A stretch of DNA of 64,000 bases from contig OZ059895.1 in assembly GCA_964057225.1 (NCBI GenBank), positions 124,001 through 188,000 on the forward strand, written 5' to 3'. The notes beneath the pieces were generated by a model. It saw only the letters and a list, made by a program, of their open reading frames with translations, did not search any database and was not told where the DNA came from. The stretch's first letter is position 1. Every line of letters begins with the position of its first letter. This document shows positions 50,901 through 64,000 of this stretch, piece by piece. The DNA comes from Auanema rhodensis. Its lineage: Eukaryota > Animalia > Nematoda. The translations under genes and the position numbers were made by a program.

Positions 50901-52699
50901 CATCTACTTTTTGCTAAAATATTTTGAAATTTTTCGAAAAAATTTTTGTCAAAATGTTTTTGGAAGCATTGTTGAGTGTACATGGAAACTCAACATACAC
51001 TAATGCATCATTTTTCAAACGATTATAACTAATTTTTGTATTAAGCGTTTCTCAATGTAGTATAGTGCATTCGATGCGGATTTTTAAGCTGCGTCGATCT
51101 GTGTTATCAGATTTGCGCTAGCTTAAAAATGCACCGAGATATCAACTGATATAAGTTCACACTTATATCCTCGATTTTCACCCTGAAGAATTAATTTTTT
51201 CGTTGAATAACATTGTCCATCGTCTTTGCCATGAAAAAAGGAATCTAAAAACATCTACTTTTTGCTAAATTATTTTGAAATTTTTCGAAAAAATTTTTGT
51301 CAAAATGTTTTTGGAAGCATTGTTGAGTGTACATGGAAACTCAACATACACTAATGCATCATTTTTCAAACGATCATAACTAATTTTTGTATTAAGCGTT
51401 TCTCAATGTAGTATAGTGCATTCGATGCGGATTTTTAAGCTGCGTCGATCTGTGTTATCAGATTTGCGCTAGCTTAAAAATGCACCGCGATATCAACTGA
51501 TATAAGTTCACACTTATATCCTCGATTTTCACCCTGAAGGAATAATTTTTTCGTTGAATAACATTTTCCATCGTCTTTGCCTTGAAAAATGGAATCTAAA
51601 AACATCTACTTTTTGCTAAATTATTTTGAAATTTTTCGAAAAAATTTTTGTCAAAATGTTTTTGGAAGCATTGTTGAGTGTACATGGAAACTCAACATAC
51701 ACTAATGCATCATTTTTCAAACGATCATAACTAATTTTTGTATTAAGCGTTTCTCAATGTAGTATAGTGCATTCGATGCGGATTTTTAAGCTGCGTCGAT
51801 CTGTGTTATCAGATTTGCGCTAGCTTAAAAATGCACCGAGATATCAACTGATATAAGTTCACACTTATATCCTCGATTTTCACCCTGAAGAATTAATTTT
51901 TTCGTTGAATAACATTGTCCATCGTCTTTGCCATGAAAAAAGGAATCTAAAAACATCTACTTTTTGCTAAATTATTTTGAAATTTTTCGAAAAAATTTTT
52001 GTCAAAATGTTTTTGGAAGCATTGTTGAGTGTACATGGAAACTCAACATACACTAATGCATCATTTTTCAAACGATCATAACTAATTTTTGTATTAAGCG
52101 TTTCTCAATGTAGTATAGTGCATTCGATGCGGATTTTTAAGCTGCGTCGATCTGTGTTATCAGATTTGCGCTAGCTTAAAAATGCACCGCGATATCAACT
52201 GATATAAGTTCACACTTATATCCTCGATTTTCACCCTGAAGGAATAATTTTTTCGTTGAATAACATTTTCCATCGTCTTTGCCTTGAAAAATGGAATCTA
52301 AAAACATCTACTTTTTGCTAAATTATTTTGAAATTTTTCGAAAAAATTTTTGTCAAAATGTTTTTGGAAGCATTGTTGAGTGTACATGGAAACTCAACAT
52401 ACACTAATGCATCATTTTTCAAACGATCATAACTAATTTTTGTATTAAGCGTTTCTCAATGTAGTATAGTGCATTCGATGCGGATTTTTAAGCTGCGTCG
52501 ATCTGTGTTATCAGATTTGCGCTAGCTTAAAAATGCACCGAGATATCAACTGATATAAGTTCACACTTATATCCTCGATTTTCACCCTGAAGGAATAATT
52601 TTTTCGTTGAATAACATTGTCCATCGTCTTTGCCTTGAAAAAAGGAATCTAAAAACATCTACTTTTTGCTAAATTATTTTGAAATTTTTCGAAAAAATT

Positions 52700-55600
52700 T
52701 TTGTCAAAATGTTTTTGGAAGCATTGTTGAGTGTACATGGAAACTCAACATACACTAATGCATCATTTTTCAAACGATTATAACTAATTTTTGTATTAAG
52801 CGTTTCTCAATGTAGTATAGTGCATTCGATGCGGATTTTTAAGCTGCGTCGATCTGTGTTATCAGATTTGCGCTAGCTTAAAAATGCACCGAGATATCAA
52901 CTAATATAAGTTCACACTTATATCCTCGATTTTCACCCTGAAGGAATAATTTTTTCGTCGAATAACATTGTCCATCGTCTTTGCCATGAAAAAAGGAATC
53001 TAAAAACATCTACTTTTTGCTAAATTATTTTGAAATTTTTCGAAAAAATTTTTGTCAAAATGTTTTTGGAAGCATTGTTGAGTGTACATGGAAACTCAAC
53101 ATACACTAATGCATCATTTTTCAAACGATCATAACTAATTTTTGTATTAAGCGTTTCTCAATGTAGTATAGTGCATTCGATGCGGATTTTTAAGCTGCGT
53201 CGATCTGTGTTATCAGATTTGCGCTAGCTTAAAAATGCACCGCGATATCAACTGATATAAGTTCACACTTATATCCTCGTTTTTCACCCTGAAGGAATAA
53301 TTTTTTCGTTGAATAACATTGTCCATCGTCTTTGCCTTGAAAAATGGAATTCAAAAACATCTACTTTTTGCTAAATTATTTTGAAATTTTTCGAAAAAAT
53401 TTTTGTCAAAATGTTTTTGGAAGCATTGTTGAGTGTACATGGAAACTCAACATACACTAATGCATCATTTTTCAAACGATTATAACTAATTTTTGTATTA
53501 AGCGTTTCTCAATGTAGTATAGTGCATTCGATGCGGATTTTTAAGCTGCGTCGATCTGTGTTATCAGATTTGCGCTAGCTTAAAAATACACCGAGATATC
53601 AACTGATATAAGTTCACACTTATATCCTCGATTTTCACCCTGAAGAATTAATTTTTTCGTTGAATAACATTGTCCATCGTCTTTGCCATGAAAAAAGGAA
53701 TCTAAAAACATCTACTTTTTGCTAAATTATTTTGAAATTTTTCGAGAAAATTTTTGTCAAAATGTTTTTGGAAGCATTGTTGAGTGTACATGGAAACTCA
53801 ACATACACTAATGCATCATTTTTCAAACGATCATAACTAATTTTTGTATTAAGCGTTTCTCAATGTAGTATAGTGCATTCGATGCGGATTTTTAAGCTGC
53901 GTCGATCTGTGTTATCAGATTTGCGCTAGCTTAAAAATGCACCGAGATATCAACTGATATAAGTTCACACTTATATCCTCGATTTTCACCCTGAAGAATT
54001 AATTTTTTCGTTGAATAACATTGTCCATCGTCTTTGCCATGAAAAAAGGAATCTAAAAACATCTACTTTTTGCTAAATTATTTTGAAATTTTTCGAAAAA
54101 ATTTTTGTCAAAATGTTTTTGGAAGCATTGTTGAGTGTACATGGAAACTCAACATACACTAATGCATCATTTTTCAAACGATCATAACTAATTTTTGTAT
54201 TAAGCGTTTCTCAATGTAGTATAGTGCATTCGATGCGGATTTTTAAGCTGCGTCGATCTGTGTTATCAGATTTGCGCTAGCTTAAAAATGCACCGCGATA
54301 TCAACTGATATAAGTTCACACTTATATCCTCGATTTTCACCCTGAAGGAATAATTTTTTCGTTGAATAACATTTTCCATCGTCTTTGCCTTGAAAAATGG
54401 AATCTAAAAACATCTACTTTTTGCTAAATTATTTTGAAATTTTTCGAAAAAATTTTTGTCAAAATGTTTTTGGAAGCATTGTTGAGTGTACATGGAAACT
54501 CAACATACACTAATGCATCATTTTTCAAACGATCATAACTAATTTTTGTATTAAGCGTTTCTCAATGTAGTATAGTGCATTCGATGCGGATTTTTAAGCT
54601 GCGTCGATCTGTGTTATCAGATTTGCGCTAGCTTAAAAATGCACCGAGATATCAACTGATATAAGTTCACACTTATATCCTCGATTTTCACCCTGAAGGA
54701 ATAATTTTTTCGTTGAATAACATTGTCCATCGTCTTTGCCTTGAAAAATGGAATTCAAAAACATCTACTTTTTGCTAAATTATTTTGAAATTTTTCGAAA
54801 AAATTTTTGTCAAAATGTTTTTGGAAGCATTGTTGAGTGTACATGGAAACTCAACATACACTAATGCATCATTTTTCAAACGATCATAACTAATTTTTGT
54901 ATTAAGCGTTTCTCAATGTAGTATAGTGCATTCGATGCGGATTTTTAAGCTGCGTCGATCTGTGTTATCAGATTTGCGCTAGCTTAAAAATGCACCGAGA
55001 TATCAACTGATATAAGTTCACACTTATATCCTCGATTTTCACCCTGAAGGAATAATTTTTTCGTTGAATAACATTGTCCATCGTCTTTGCCTTGAAAAAA
55101 GGAATCTAAAAACATCTACTTTTTGCTAAATTATTTTGAAATTTTTCGAAAAAATTTTTGTCAAAATGTTTTTGGAAGCATTGTTGAGTGTACATGGAAA
55201 CTCAACATACACTAATGCATCATTTTTCAAACGATTATAACTAATTTTTGTATTAAGCGTTTCTCAATGTAGTATAGTGCATTCGATGCGGATTTTTAAG
55301 CTGCGTCGATCTGTGTTATCAGATTTGCGCTAGCTTAAAAATGCACCGAGATATCAACTAATATAAGTTCACACTTATATCCTCGATTTTCACCCTGAAG
55401 GAATAATTTTTTCGTTGAATAACATTGTCCATCGTCTTTGCCATGAAAAAAGGAATCTAAAAACATCTACTTTTTGCTAAATTATTTTGAAATTTTTCGA
55501 AAAAATTTTTGTCAAAATGTTTTTGGAAGCATTGTTGAGTGTACATGGAAACTCAACATACACTAATGCATCATTTTTCAAACGATCATAACTAATTTTT

Positions 55601-56560
55601 GTATTAAGCGTTTCTCAATGTAGTATAGTGCATTCGATGCGGATTTTTAAGCTGCGTCGATCTGTGTTATCAGATTTGCGCTAGCTTAAAAATGCACCGC
55701 GATATCAACTGATATAAGTTCACACTTATATCCTCGTTTTTCACCCTGAAGGAATAATTTTTTCGTTGAATAACATTGTCCATCGTCTTTGCCTTGAGAA
55801 ATGGAATTCAAAAACATCTACTTTTTGCTAAATTATTTTGAAATTTTTCGAAAAAATTTTTGTCAAAATGTTTTTGGAAGCATTGTTGAGTGTACATGGA
55901 AACTCAACATACACTAATGCATCATTTTTCAAACGATTATAACTAATTTTTGTATTAAGCGTTTCTCAATGTAGTATAGTGCATTCGATGCGGATTTTTA
56001 AGCTGCGTCGATCTGTGTTATCAGATTTGCGCTAGCTTAAAAATACACCGAGATATCAACTGATATAAGTTCACACTTATATCCTCGATTTTCACCCTGA
56101 AGAATTAATTTTTTCGTTGAATAACATTGTCCATCGTCTTTGCCATGAAAAAAGGAATCTAAAAACATCTACTTTTTGCTAAATTATTTTGAAATTTTTC
56201 GAGAAAATTTTTGTCAAAATGTTTTTGGAAGCATTGTTGAGTGTACATGGAAACTCAACATACACTAATGCATCATTTTTCAAACGATCATAACTAATTT
56301 TTGTATTAAGCGTTTCTCAATGTAGTATAGTGCATTCGATGCGGATTTTTAAGCTGCGTCGATCTGTGTTATCAGATTTGCGCTAGCTTAAAAATGCACC
56401 GAGATATCAACTGATATAAGTTCACACTTATATCCTCGATTTTCACCCTGAAGGAATAATTTTTTCGTTGAATAACATTGTCCATCGTCTTTGCCTTGAA
56501 AAATGGAATCTAAAAACATCTACTTTTTGCTAAATTATTTTGAAATTTTTCGAAAAAATT
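52700..56560 (-). repeat. 7-monomer-offset duplication (2457 bp) in reverse SatB; boundaries approximate
   Basis: CTAATATAAG ~52903/55360, CCTCGTTTT ~53280/55737, AAATACACC ~53588/56045 and CGAGAAAA ~53746/56203 are all offset by 2457 = 7x351. Confidence 0.85.
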
Positions 56561-59500
56561 TTTGTCAAAATGTTTTTGGAAGCATTGTTGAGTGTACATG
56601 GAAACTCAACATACACTAATGCATCATTTTTCAAACGATCATAACTAATTTTTGTATTAAGCGTTTCTCAATGTAGTATAGTGCATTCGATGCGGATTTT
56701 TAAGCTGCGTCGATCTGTGTTATCAGATTTGCGCTAGCTTAAAAATGCACCGAGATATCAACTGATATAAGTTCACACTTATATCCTCGATTTTCACCCT
56801 GAAGAATTAATTTTTTCGTTGAATAACATTGTCCATCGTCTTTGCCTTGAAAAAAGGAATCTAAAAACATCTACTTTTTGCTAAATTATTTTGAAATTTT
56901 TCGAAAAAATTTTTGTCAAAATGTTTTTGGAAGCATTGTTGAGTGTACATGGAAACTCAACATACACTAATGCATCATTTTTCAAACGATCATAACTAAT
57001 TTTTGTATTAAGCGTTTCTCAATGTAGTATAGTGCATTCGATGCGGATTTTTAAGCTGCGTCGATCTGTGTTATCAGATTTGCGCTAGCTTAAAAATGCA
57101 CCGAGATATCAACTGATATAAGTTCACACTTATATCCTCGATTTTCACCCTGAAGGAATAATTTTTTCGTTGAATAACATTGTCCATCGTCTTTGCCTTG
57201 AAAAAAGGAATCTAAAAACATCTACTTTTTGCTAAATTATTTTGAAATTTTTCGAAAAAATTTTTGTCAAAATGTTTTTGGAAGCATTGTTGAGTGTACA
57301 TGGAAACTCAACATACACTAATGCATCATTTTTCAAACGATTATAACTAATTTTTGTATTAAGCGTTTCTCAATGTAGTATAGTGCATTCGATGCGGATT
57401 TTTAAGCTGCGTCGATCTGTGTTATCAGATTTGCGCTAGCTTAAAAATGCACCGAGATATCAACTGATATAAGTTCACACTTATATCCTCGATTTTCACC
57501 CTGAAGGAATAATTTTTTCGTTGAATAACATTGTCCATCGTCTTTGCCTTGAAAAATGGAATTCAAAAACATCTACTTTTTGCTAAATTATTTTGAAATT
57601 TTTCGAAAAAATTTTTGTCAAAATGTTTTTGGAAGCATTGTTGAGTGTACATGGAAACTCAACATACACTAATGCATCATTTTTCAAACGATCATAACTA
57701 ATTTTTGTATCAAGCGTTTCTCAATGTAGTATAGTGCATTCGATGCGGATTTTCAAGCTGCGTCGATCTGTGTTATCAGATTTGCGCTAGCTTAAAAATG
57801 CACCGAGATATCAACTGATATAAGTTCACACTTATATCCTCGATTTTCACCCTGAAGGAATAATTTTTTCGTTGAATAACATTGTCCATCGTCTTTGCCT
57901 TGAAAAAAGAAATCTAAAAACATCTACTTTTTGCTAAATTATTTTGAAATTTATCGAAAAAATTTTTGTCAAAATGTTTTTGGAAGCATTGTTGAGTGTA
58001 CATGGAAACTCAACATACACTAATGCATCATTTTTCAAACGATTATAACTAATTTTTGTATTAAGCTTTTCTCAATGTAGTATAGTGCATTCGATGCGGA
58101 TTTTTAAGCTGCGTCGATCTGTGTTATCAGATTTGCGCTAGCTTAAAAATGCACCGAGATATCAACTGATATAAGTTCACACTTATATCCTCGATTTTCA
58201 CCCTGAAGAATTAATTTTTTCGTTGAATAACATTGTCCATCGTCTTTGCCATGAAAAAAGGAATCTAAAAACATCTACTTTTTGCTAAATTATTTTGAAA
58301 TTTTTCCAAAAAATTTTTGTCAAAATGTTTTTGGAAGCATTGTTGAGTGTACATGGAAACTCAACATACACTAATGCATCATTTTTCAAACGATCATAAC
58401 TAATTTTTGTATTAAGCGTTTCTCAATGTAGTATAGTGCATTCGATGCGGATTTCTAAGCTGCGTCGATCTGTGTTATCAGATTTGCGCTAGCTTAAAAA
58501 TGCACCGCGATATCAACTGATATAAGTTCACACTTATATCCTCGTTTTTCACCCTGAAGGAATAATTTTTTCGTTGAATAACATTGTCCATCGTCTTTGC
58601 CTTGAAAAATGGAATTCAAAAACATCTACTTTTTGCTAAATTATTTTGAAATTTTTCGAAAAAATTTTTGTCAAAATGTTTTTGGAAGCATTGTTGAGTG
58701 TACATGGAAACTCAACATACACTAATGCATCATTTTTCAAACGATTATAACTAATTTTTGTATTAAGCGTTTCTCAATGTAGTATAGTGCATTCGATGCG
58801 GATTTTTAAGCTGCGTCGATCTGTGTTATCAGATTTGCGCTAGCTTAAAAATGCACCGAGATCTCAACTGATATAAGTTCACACTTATATCCTCGATTTT
58901 CACCCTGAAGAATTAATTTTTTCGTTGAATAACATTGTCCATCGTCTTTGCCATGAAAAAAGGAATCTAAAAACATCTACTTTTTGCTAAATTATTTTGA
59001 AATTTTTCCAAAAAATTTTTGTCAAAATGTTTTTGGAAGCAATGTTGAGTGTACATGGAAACTCAACATACACTAATGCATCATTTTTCAAACGATCATA
59101 ACTAATTTTTGTATCAAGCGTTTCTCAATGTAGTTTAGTGCATTCGATGCGGATTTTTAAGCTGCGTCGATCTGTGTTATCAGATTTGCGCTAGCTTAAA
59201 AATGCACCGAGATATCAACTGATATAAGTTCACACTTATATCCTCGATTTTCACCCTGAAGGAATAATTTTTTCGTTGAATAACATTGTCCATCGTCTTT
59301 GCCTTGAAAAATGGAATCTAAAAACATCTACTTTTTGCTAAATTATTTTGAAATTTTTCGAAAAAATTTTTGTCAAAATGTTTTTGGAAGCATTGTTGAG
59401 TGTACATGGAAACTCAACATACACTAATGCATCATTTTTCAAACGATCATAACTAATTTTTGTATTAAGCGTTTCTCAATGTAGTATAGTGCATTCGATG

Positions 59501-62500
59501 CGGATTTTTAAGCTGCGTCGATCTGTGTTATCAGATTTGCGCTAGCTTAAAAATGCACCGCGATATCAACTGATATAAGTTCACACTTATATCCTCGATT
59601 TTCACCCTGAAGGAATAATTTTTTCGTTGAATAACATTGTCCATCGTCTTTGCCTTGAAAAAAGGAATCTAAAAACATCTACTTTTTGCTAAATTATTTT
59701 GAAATTTTTCGAAAAAATTTTTGTCAAAATGTTTTTGGAAGCATTGTTGAGTGTACATGGAAACTCAACATACACTAATGCATCATTTTTCAAACGATTA
59801 TAACTAATTTTTGTATTAAGCGTTTCTCAATGTAGTATAGTGCATTCGATGCGGATTTTTAAGCTACGTCGATCTGTGTTATCAGATTTGCGCTAGCTTA
59901 AAAATGCACCGAGATATCAACTGATATAAGTTCACACTTATATCCTCGATTTTCACCCTGAAGAATTAATTTTTTCGTTGAATAACATTGTCCATCGTCT
60001 TTGCCATGAAAAAAGGAATCTAAAAACATCTACTTTTTGCTAAATTATTTTGAAATTTTTCCAAAAAATTTTTGTCAAAATGTTTTTGGAAGCATTGTTG
60101 AGTGTACATGGAAACTCAACATACACTAATGCATCATTTTTCAAACGATCATAACTAATTTTTGTATTAAGCGTTTCTCAATGTAGTATAGTGCATTCGA
60201 TGCGGATTTTTAAGCTGCGTCGATCTGTGTTATCAGATTTGCGCTAGCTTAAAAATGCACCGCGATATCAACTGATATAAGTTCACACTTATATCCTCGT
60301 TTTTCACCCTGAAGGAATAATTTTTTCGTTGAATAACATTGTCCATCGTCTTTGCCTTGAAAAATGGAATTCAAAAACATCTACTTTTTGCTAAATTATT
60401 TTGAAATTTTTCGAAAAAATTTTTGTCAAAATGTTTTTGGAAGCATTGTTGAGTGTACATGGAAACTCAACATACACTAATGCATCATTTTTCAAACGAT
60501 TATAACTAATTTTTGTATTAAGCGTTTCTCAATGTAGTATAGTGCATTCGATGCGGATTTTTAAGCTGCGTCGATCTGTGTTATCAGATTTGCGCTAGCT
60601 TAAAAATGCACCGAGATATCAACTGATATAAGTTCACACTTATATCCTCGATTTTCACCCTGAAGGAATAATTTTTTCGTTGAATAACATTGTCCATCGT
60701 CTTTGCCTTGAAAAAAGAAATCTAAAAACATCTACTTTTTGCTAAATTATTTTGAAATTTTTCGAAAAAATTTTTGTCAAAATGTTTTTGGAAGCATTGT
60801 TGAGTGTACATGGAAACTCAACATACACTAATGCATCATTTTTCAAACGATTATAACTAATTTTTGTATTAAGCGTTTCTCAATGTAGTATAGTGCATTC
60901 GATGCGGATTTTTAAGCTGCGTCGATCTGTGTTATCAGATTTGCGCTAGCTTAAAAATGCACCGAGATATCAACTGATATAAGTTCACACTTATATCCTC
61001 GATTTTCACCCTGAAGAATTAATTTTTTCGTTGAATAACATTGTCCATCGTCTTTGCCATGAAAAAAGGAATCTAAAAACATCTACTTTTTGCTAAATTA
61101 TTTTGAAATTTTTCCAAAAAATTTTTGTCAAAATGTTTTTGGAAGCATTGTTGAGTGTACATGGAAACTCAACATACACTAATGCATCATTTTTCAAACG
61201 ATCATAACTAATTTTTGTATTAAGCGTTTCTCAATGTAGTATAGTGCATTCGATGCGGATTTTTAAGCTGCGTCGATCTGTGTTATCAGATTTGCGCTAG
61301 CTTAAAAATGCACCGCGATATCAACTGATATAAGTTCACACTTATATCCTCGTTTTTCACCCTGAAGGAATAATTTTTTCGTTGAATAACATTGTCCATC
61401 GTCTTTGCCTTGAAAAATGGAATTCAAAAACATCTACTTTTTGCTAAATTATTTTGAAATTTTTCGAAAAAATTTTTGTCAAAATGTTTTTGGAAGCATT
61501 GTTGAGTGTACATGGAAACTCAACATACACTAATGCATCATTTTTCAAACGATTATAACTAATTTTTGTATTAAGCGTTTCTCAATGTAGTATAGTGCAT
61601 TCGATGCGGATTTTTAAGCTGCGTCGATCTGTGTTATCAGATTTGCGCTAGCTTAAAAATGCACCGAGATATCAACTGATATAAGTTCACACTTATATCC
61701 TCGATTTTCACCCTGAAGAATTAATTTTTTCGTTGAATAACATTGTCCATCGTCTTTGCCATGAAAAAAGGAATCTAAAAACATCTACTTTTTGCTAAAT
61801 TATTTTGAAATTTTTCCAAAAAATTTTTGTCAAAATGTTTTTGGAAGCATTGTTGAGTGTACATGGAAACTCAACATACACTAATGCATCATTTTTCAAA
61901 CGATCATAACTAATTTTTGTATTAAGCGTTTCTCAATGTAGTATAGTGCATTCGATGCGGATTTTTAAGCTGCGTCGATCTGTGTTATCAGATTTGCGCT
62001 AGCTTAAAAATGCACCGCGATATCAACTGATATAAGTTCACACTTATATCCTCGTTTTTCACCCTGAAGGAATAATTTTTTCGTTGAATAACATTGTCCA
62101 TCGTCTTTGCCTTGAAAAATGGAATTCAAAAACATCTACTTTTTGCTAAATTATTTTGAAATTTTTCGAAAAAATTTTTGTCAAAATGTTTTTGGAAGCA
62201 TTGTTGAGTGTACATGGAAACTCAACATACACTAATGCATCATTTTTCAAACGATTATAACTAATTTTTGTATTAAGCGTTTCTCAATGTAGTATAGTGC
62301 ATTCGATGCGGATTTTTAAGCTGCGTCGATCTGTGTTATCAGATTTGCGCTAGCTTAAAAATGCACCGAGATATCAACTGATATAAGTTCACACTTATAT
62401 CCTCGATTTTCACCCTGAAGAATTAATTTTTTCGTTGAATAACATTGTCCATCGTCTTTGCCATGAAAAAAGGAATCTAAAAACATCTACTTTTTGCTAA

Positions 62501-64000
62501 ATTATTTTGAAATTTTTCCAAAAAATTTTTGTCAAAATGTTTTTGGAAGCAATGTTGAGTGTACATGGAAACTCAACATACACTAATGCATCATTTTTCA
62601 AACGATCATAACTAATTTTTGTATCAAGCGTTTCTCAATGTAGTTTAGTGCATTCGATGCGGATTTTTAAGCTGCGTCGATCTGTGTTATCAGATTTGCG
62701 CTAGCTTAAAAATGCACCGAGATATCAACTGATATAAGTTCACACTTATATCCTCGATTTTCACCCTGAAGGAATAATTTTTTCGTTGAATAACATTGTC
62801 CATCGTCTTTGCCTTGAAAAGTGGAATCTAAAAACATCTACTTTTTGCTAAATTATTTTGAAATTTTTCGAAAAAATTTTTGTCAAAATGTTTTTGGAAG
62901 CATTGTTGAGTGTACATGGAAACTCAACATACACTAATGCATCATTTTTCAAGAAATCATAACTAATTTTTGTATTAAGCGTTTCTCAATGTAGTATAGT
63001 GCATTCGATGCGGATTTTTAAGCTACGTCGATCTGTGTTATCAGATTTGCGCTAGTTTAAAAATGCACCGAGATATCAACTGATATAAGTTCACACTTAT
63101 ATCCTCGATTTTCACCCTGAAGAATTAATTTTTTCGTTGAATAACATTGTCCATCGTCTTTGCCATGAAAAAAGGAATCTAAAAACATCTACTTTTTGCT
63201 AAATTATTTTGAAATTTTTCGAAAAAATTTTTGTCAAAATGTTTTTGGAAGCATTGTTGAGTGTACATGGAAACTCAACATACACTAATGCATCATTTTT
63301 CAAACGATCATAACTTATTTTTGTATTAAGCGTTTCTCAATGTAGTATAGTGCATTCGATGCGGATTTTTAAGCTGCGTCGATCTGTGTTATCAGATTTG
63401 CGCTAGCTTAAAAATGCACCGCGATATCAACTGATATAAGTTCACACTTATATCCTCGATTTTCACCCTGAAGGAATAATTTTTTCGTTGAATAACATTG
63501 TCCATCGTCTTTGCCTTGAAAAATGGAATCTAAAAACATCTACTTTTTGCTAAATTATTTTGAAATTTTTCGAAAAAATTTTTGTCAAAATGTTTTTGGA
63601 AGCAATGTTGAGTGTACATGGAAACTCAACATACACTAATGCATCATTTTTCAAACGATCATAACTAATTTTTGTATTAAGCGTTTCTCAATGTAGTATA
63701 GTGCATTCGATGCGGATTTTTAAGCTGCGTCGATCTGTGTTATCAGATTTGCGCTAACTTAAAAATGCACCGAGATATCAACTGATATAAGTTCACACTT
63801 ATATCCTCGATTTTCACCCTGAAGAATTAATTTTTTCGTTGAATAACATTGTCCATCGTCTTTGCCATGAAAAAAGGAATCTAAAAACATCTACTTTTTG
63901 CTAAATTATTTTGAAATTTTTCGAAAAAATTTTTGTCAAAATGTTTTTGGAAGCATTGTTGAGTGTACATGGAAACTCAACATACACTAATGCATCATTT

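Larger units (their letters stand above)
36904..64000 (-). repeat. Satellite B tandem array, reverse orientation (~77 copies; continues beyond window end)
   Basis: Reverse complement of SatB (TTTTGTCAAAATGTTTTTGGAAGCATTGTTGAGTG...) with a 351-bp period to the window end. Confidence 0.99.

Noticed and set aside
1-64000. CRISPR array suggested by regularly spaced palindromes
   Set aside because: The entire monomer repeats, there are no unique spacers, and there is no leader or cas gene.
1-64000. Assignment to a named satellite family or species on the basis of monomer length
   Set aside because: Lengths near 176 and 350 bp are common across taxa and I do not recognise the sequences. A database search is required.

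Overview
The whole 64 kb is AT-rich tandem satellite DNA, probably eukaryotic (peri)centromeric heterochromatin. I find no genes, RNA genes, CRISPR arrays or intact mobile elements, and I cannot assign the organism or a named satellite family. Two families occur, SatA (176-bp monomer, ~32% GC) and SatB (351-bp monomer), in four blocks: SatA forward (1-23817, ~135 copies), SatA reverse (~23829-28256, ~25 copies), SatB forward (28257-36892, ~24.6 copies) and SatB reverse (36904-64000, ~77 copies). Each family therefore reverses orientation close to the A/B boundary, creating two adjacent multi-kb inverted repeats. Both strand-switch junctions carry short locally templated insertions, while the A/B junction is blunt. 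The outer end of the SatB forward block is in register with the start of the SatB reverse array (7-bp overlap, GACAAAA/TTTTGTC), which points to a real in-place inversion. Both monomers are rich in short dyad symmetries, and SatA carries three helically phased TCACGT cores. Shared variants show layered haplotype domains and higher-order duplications. The four 60-aa ORFs are satellite artefacts.
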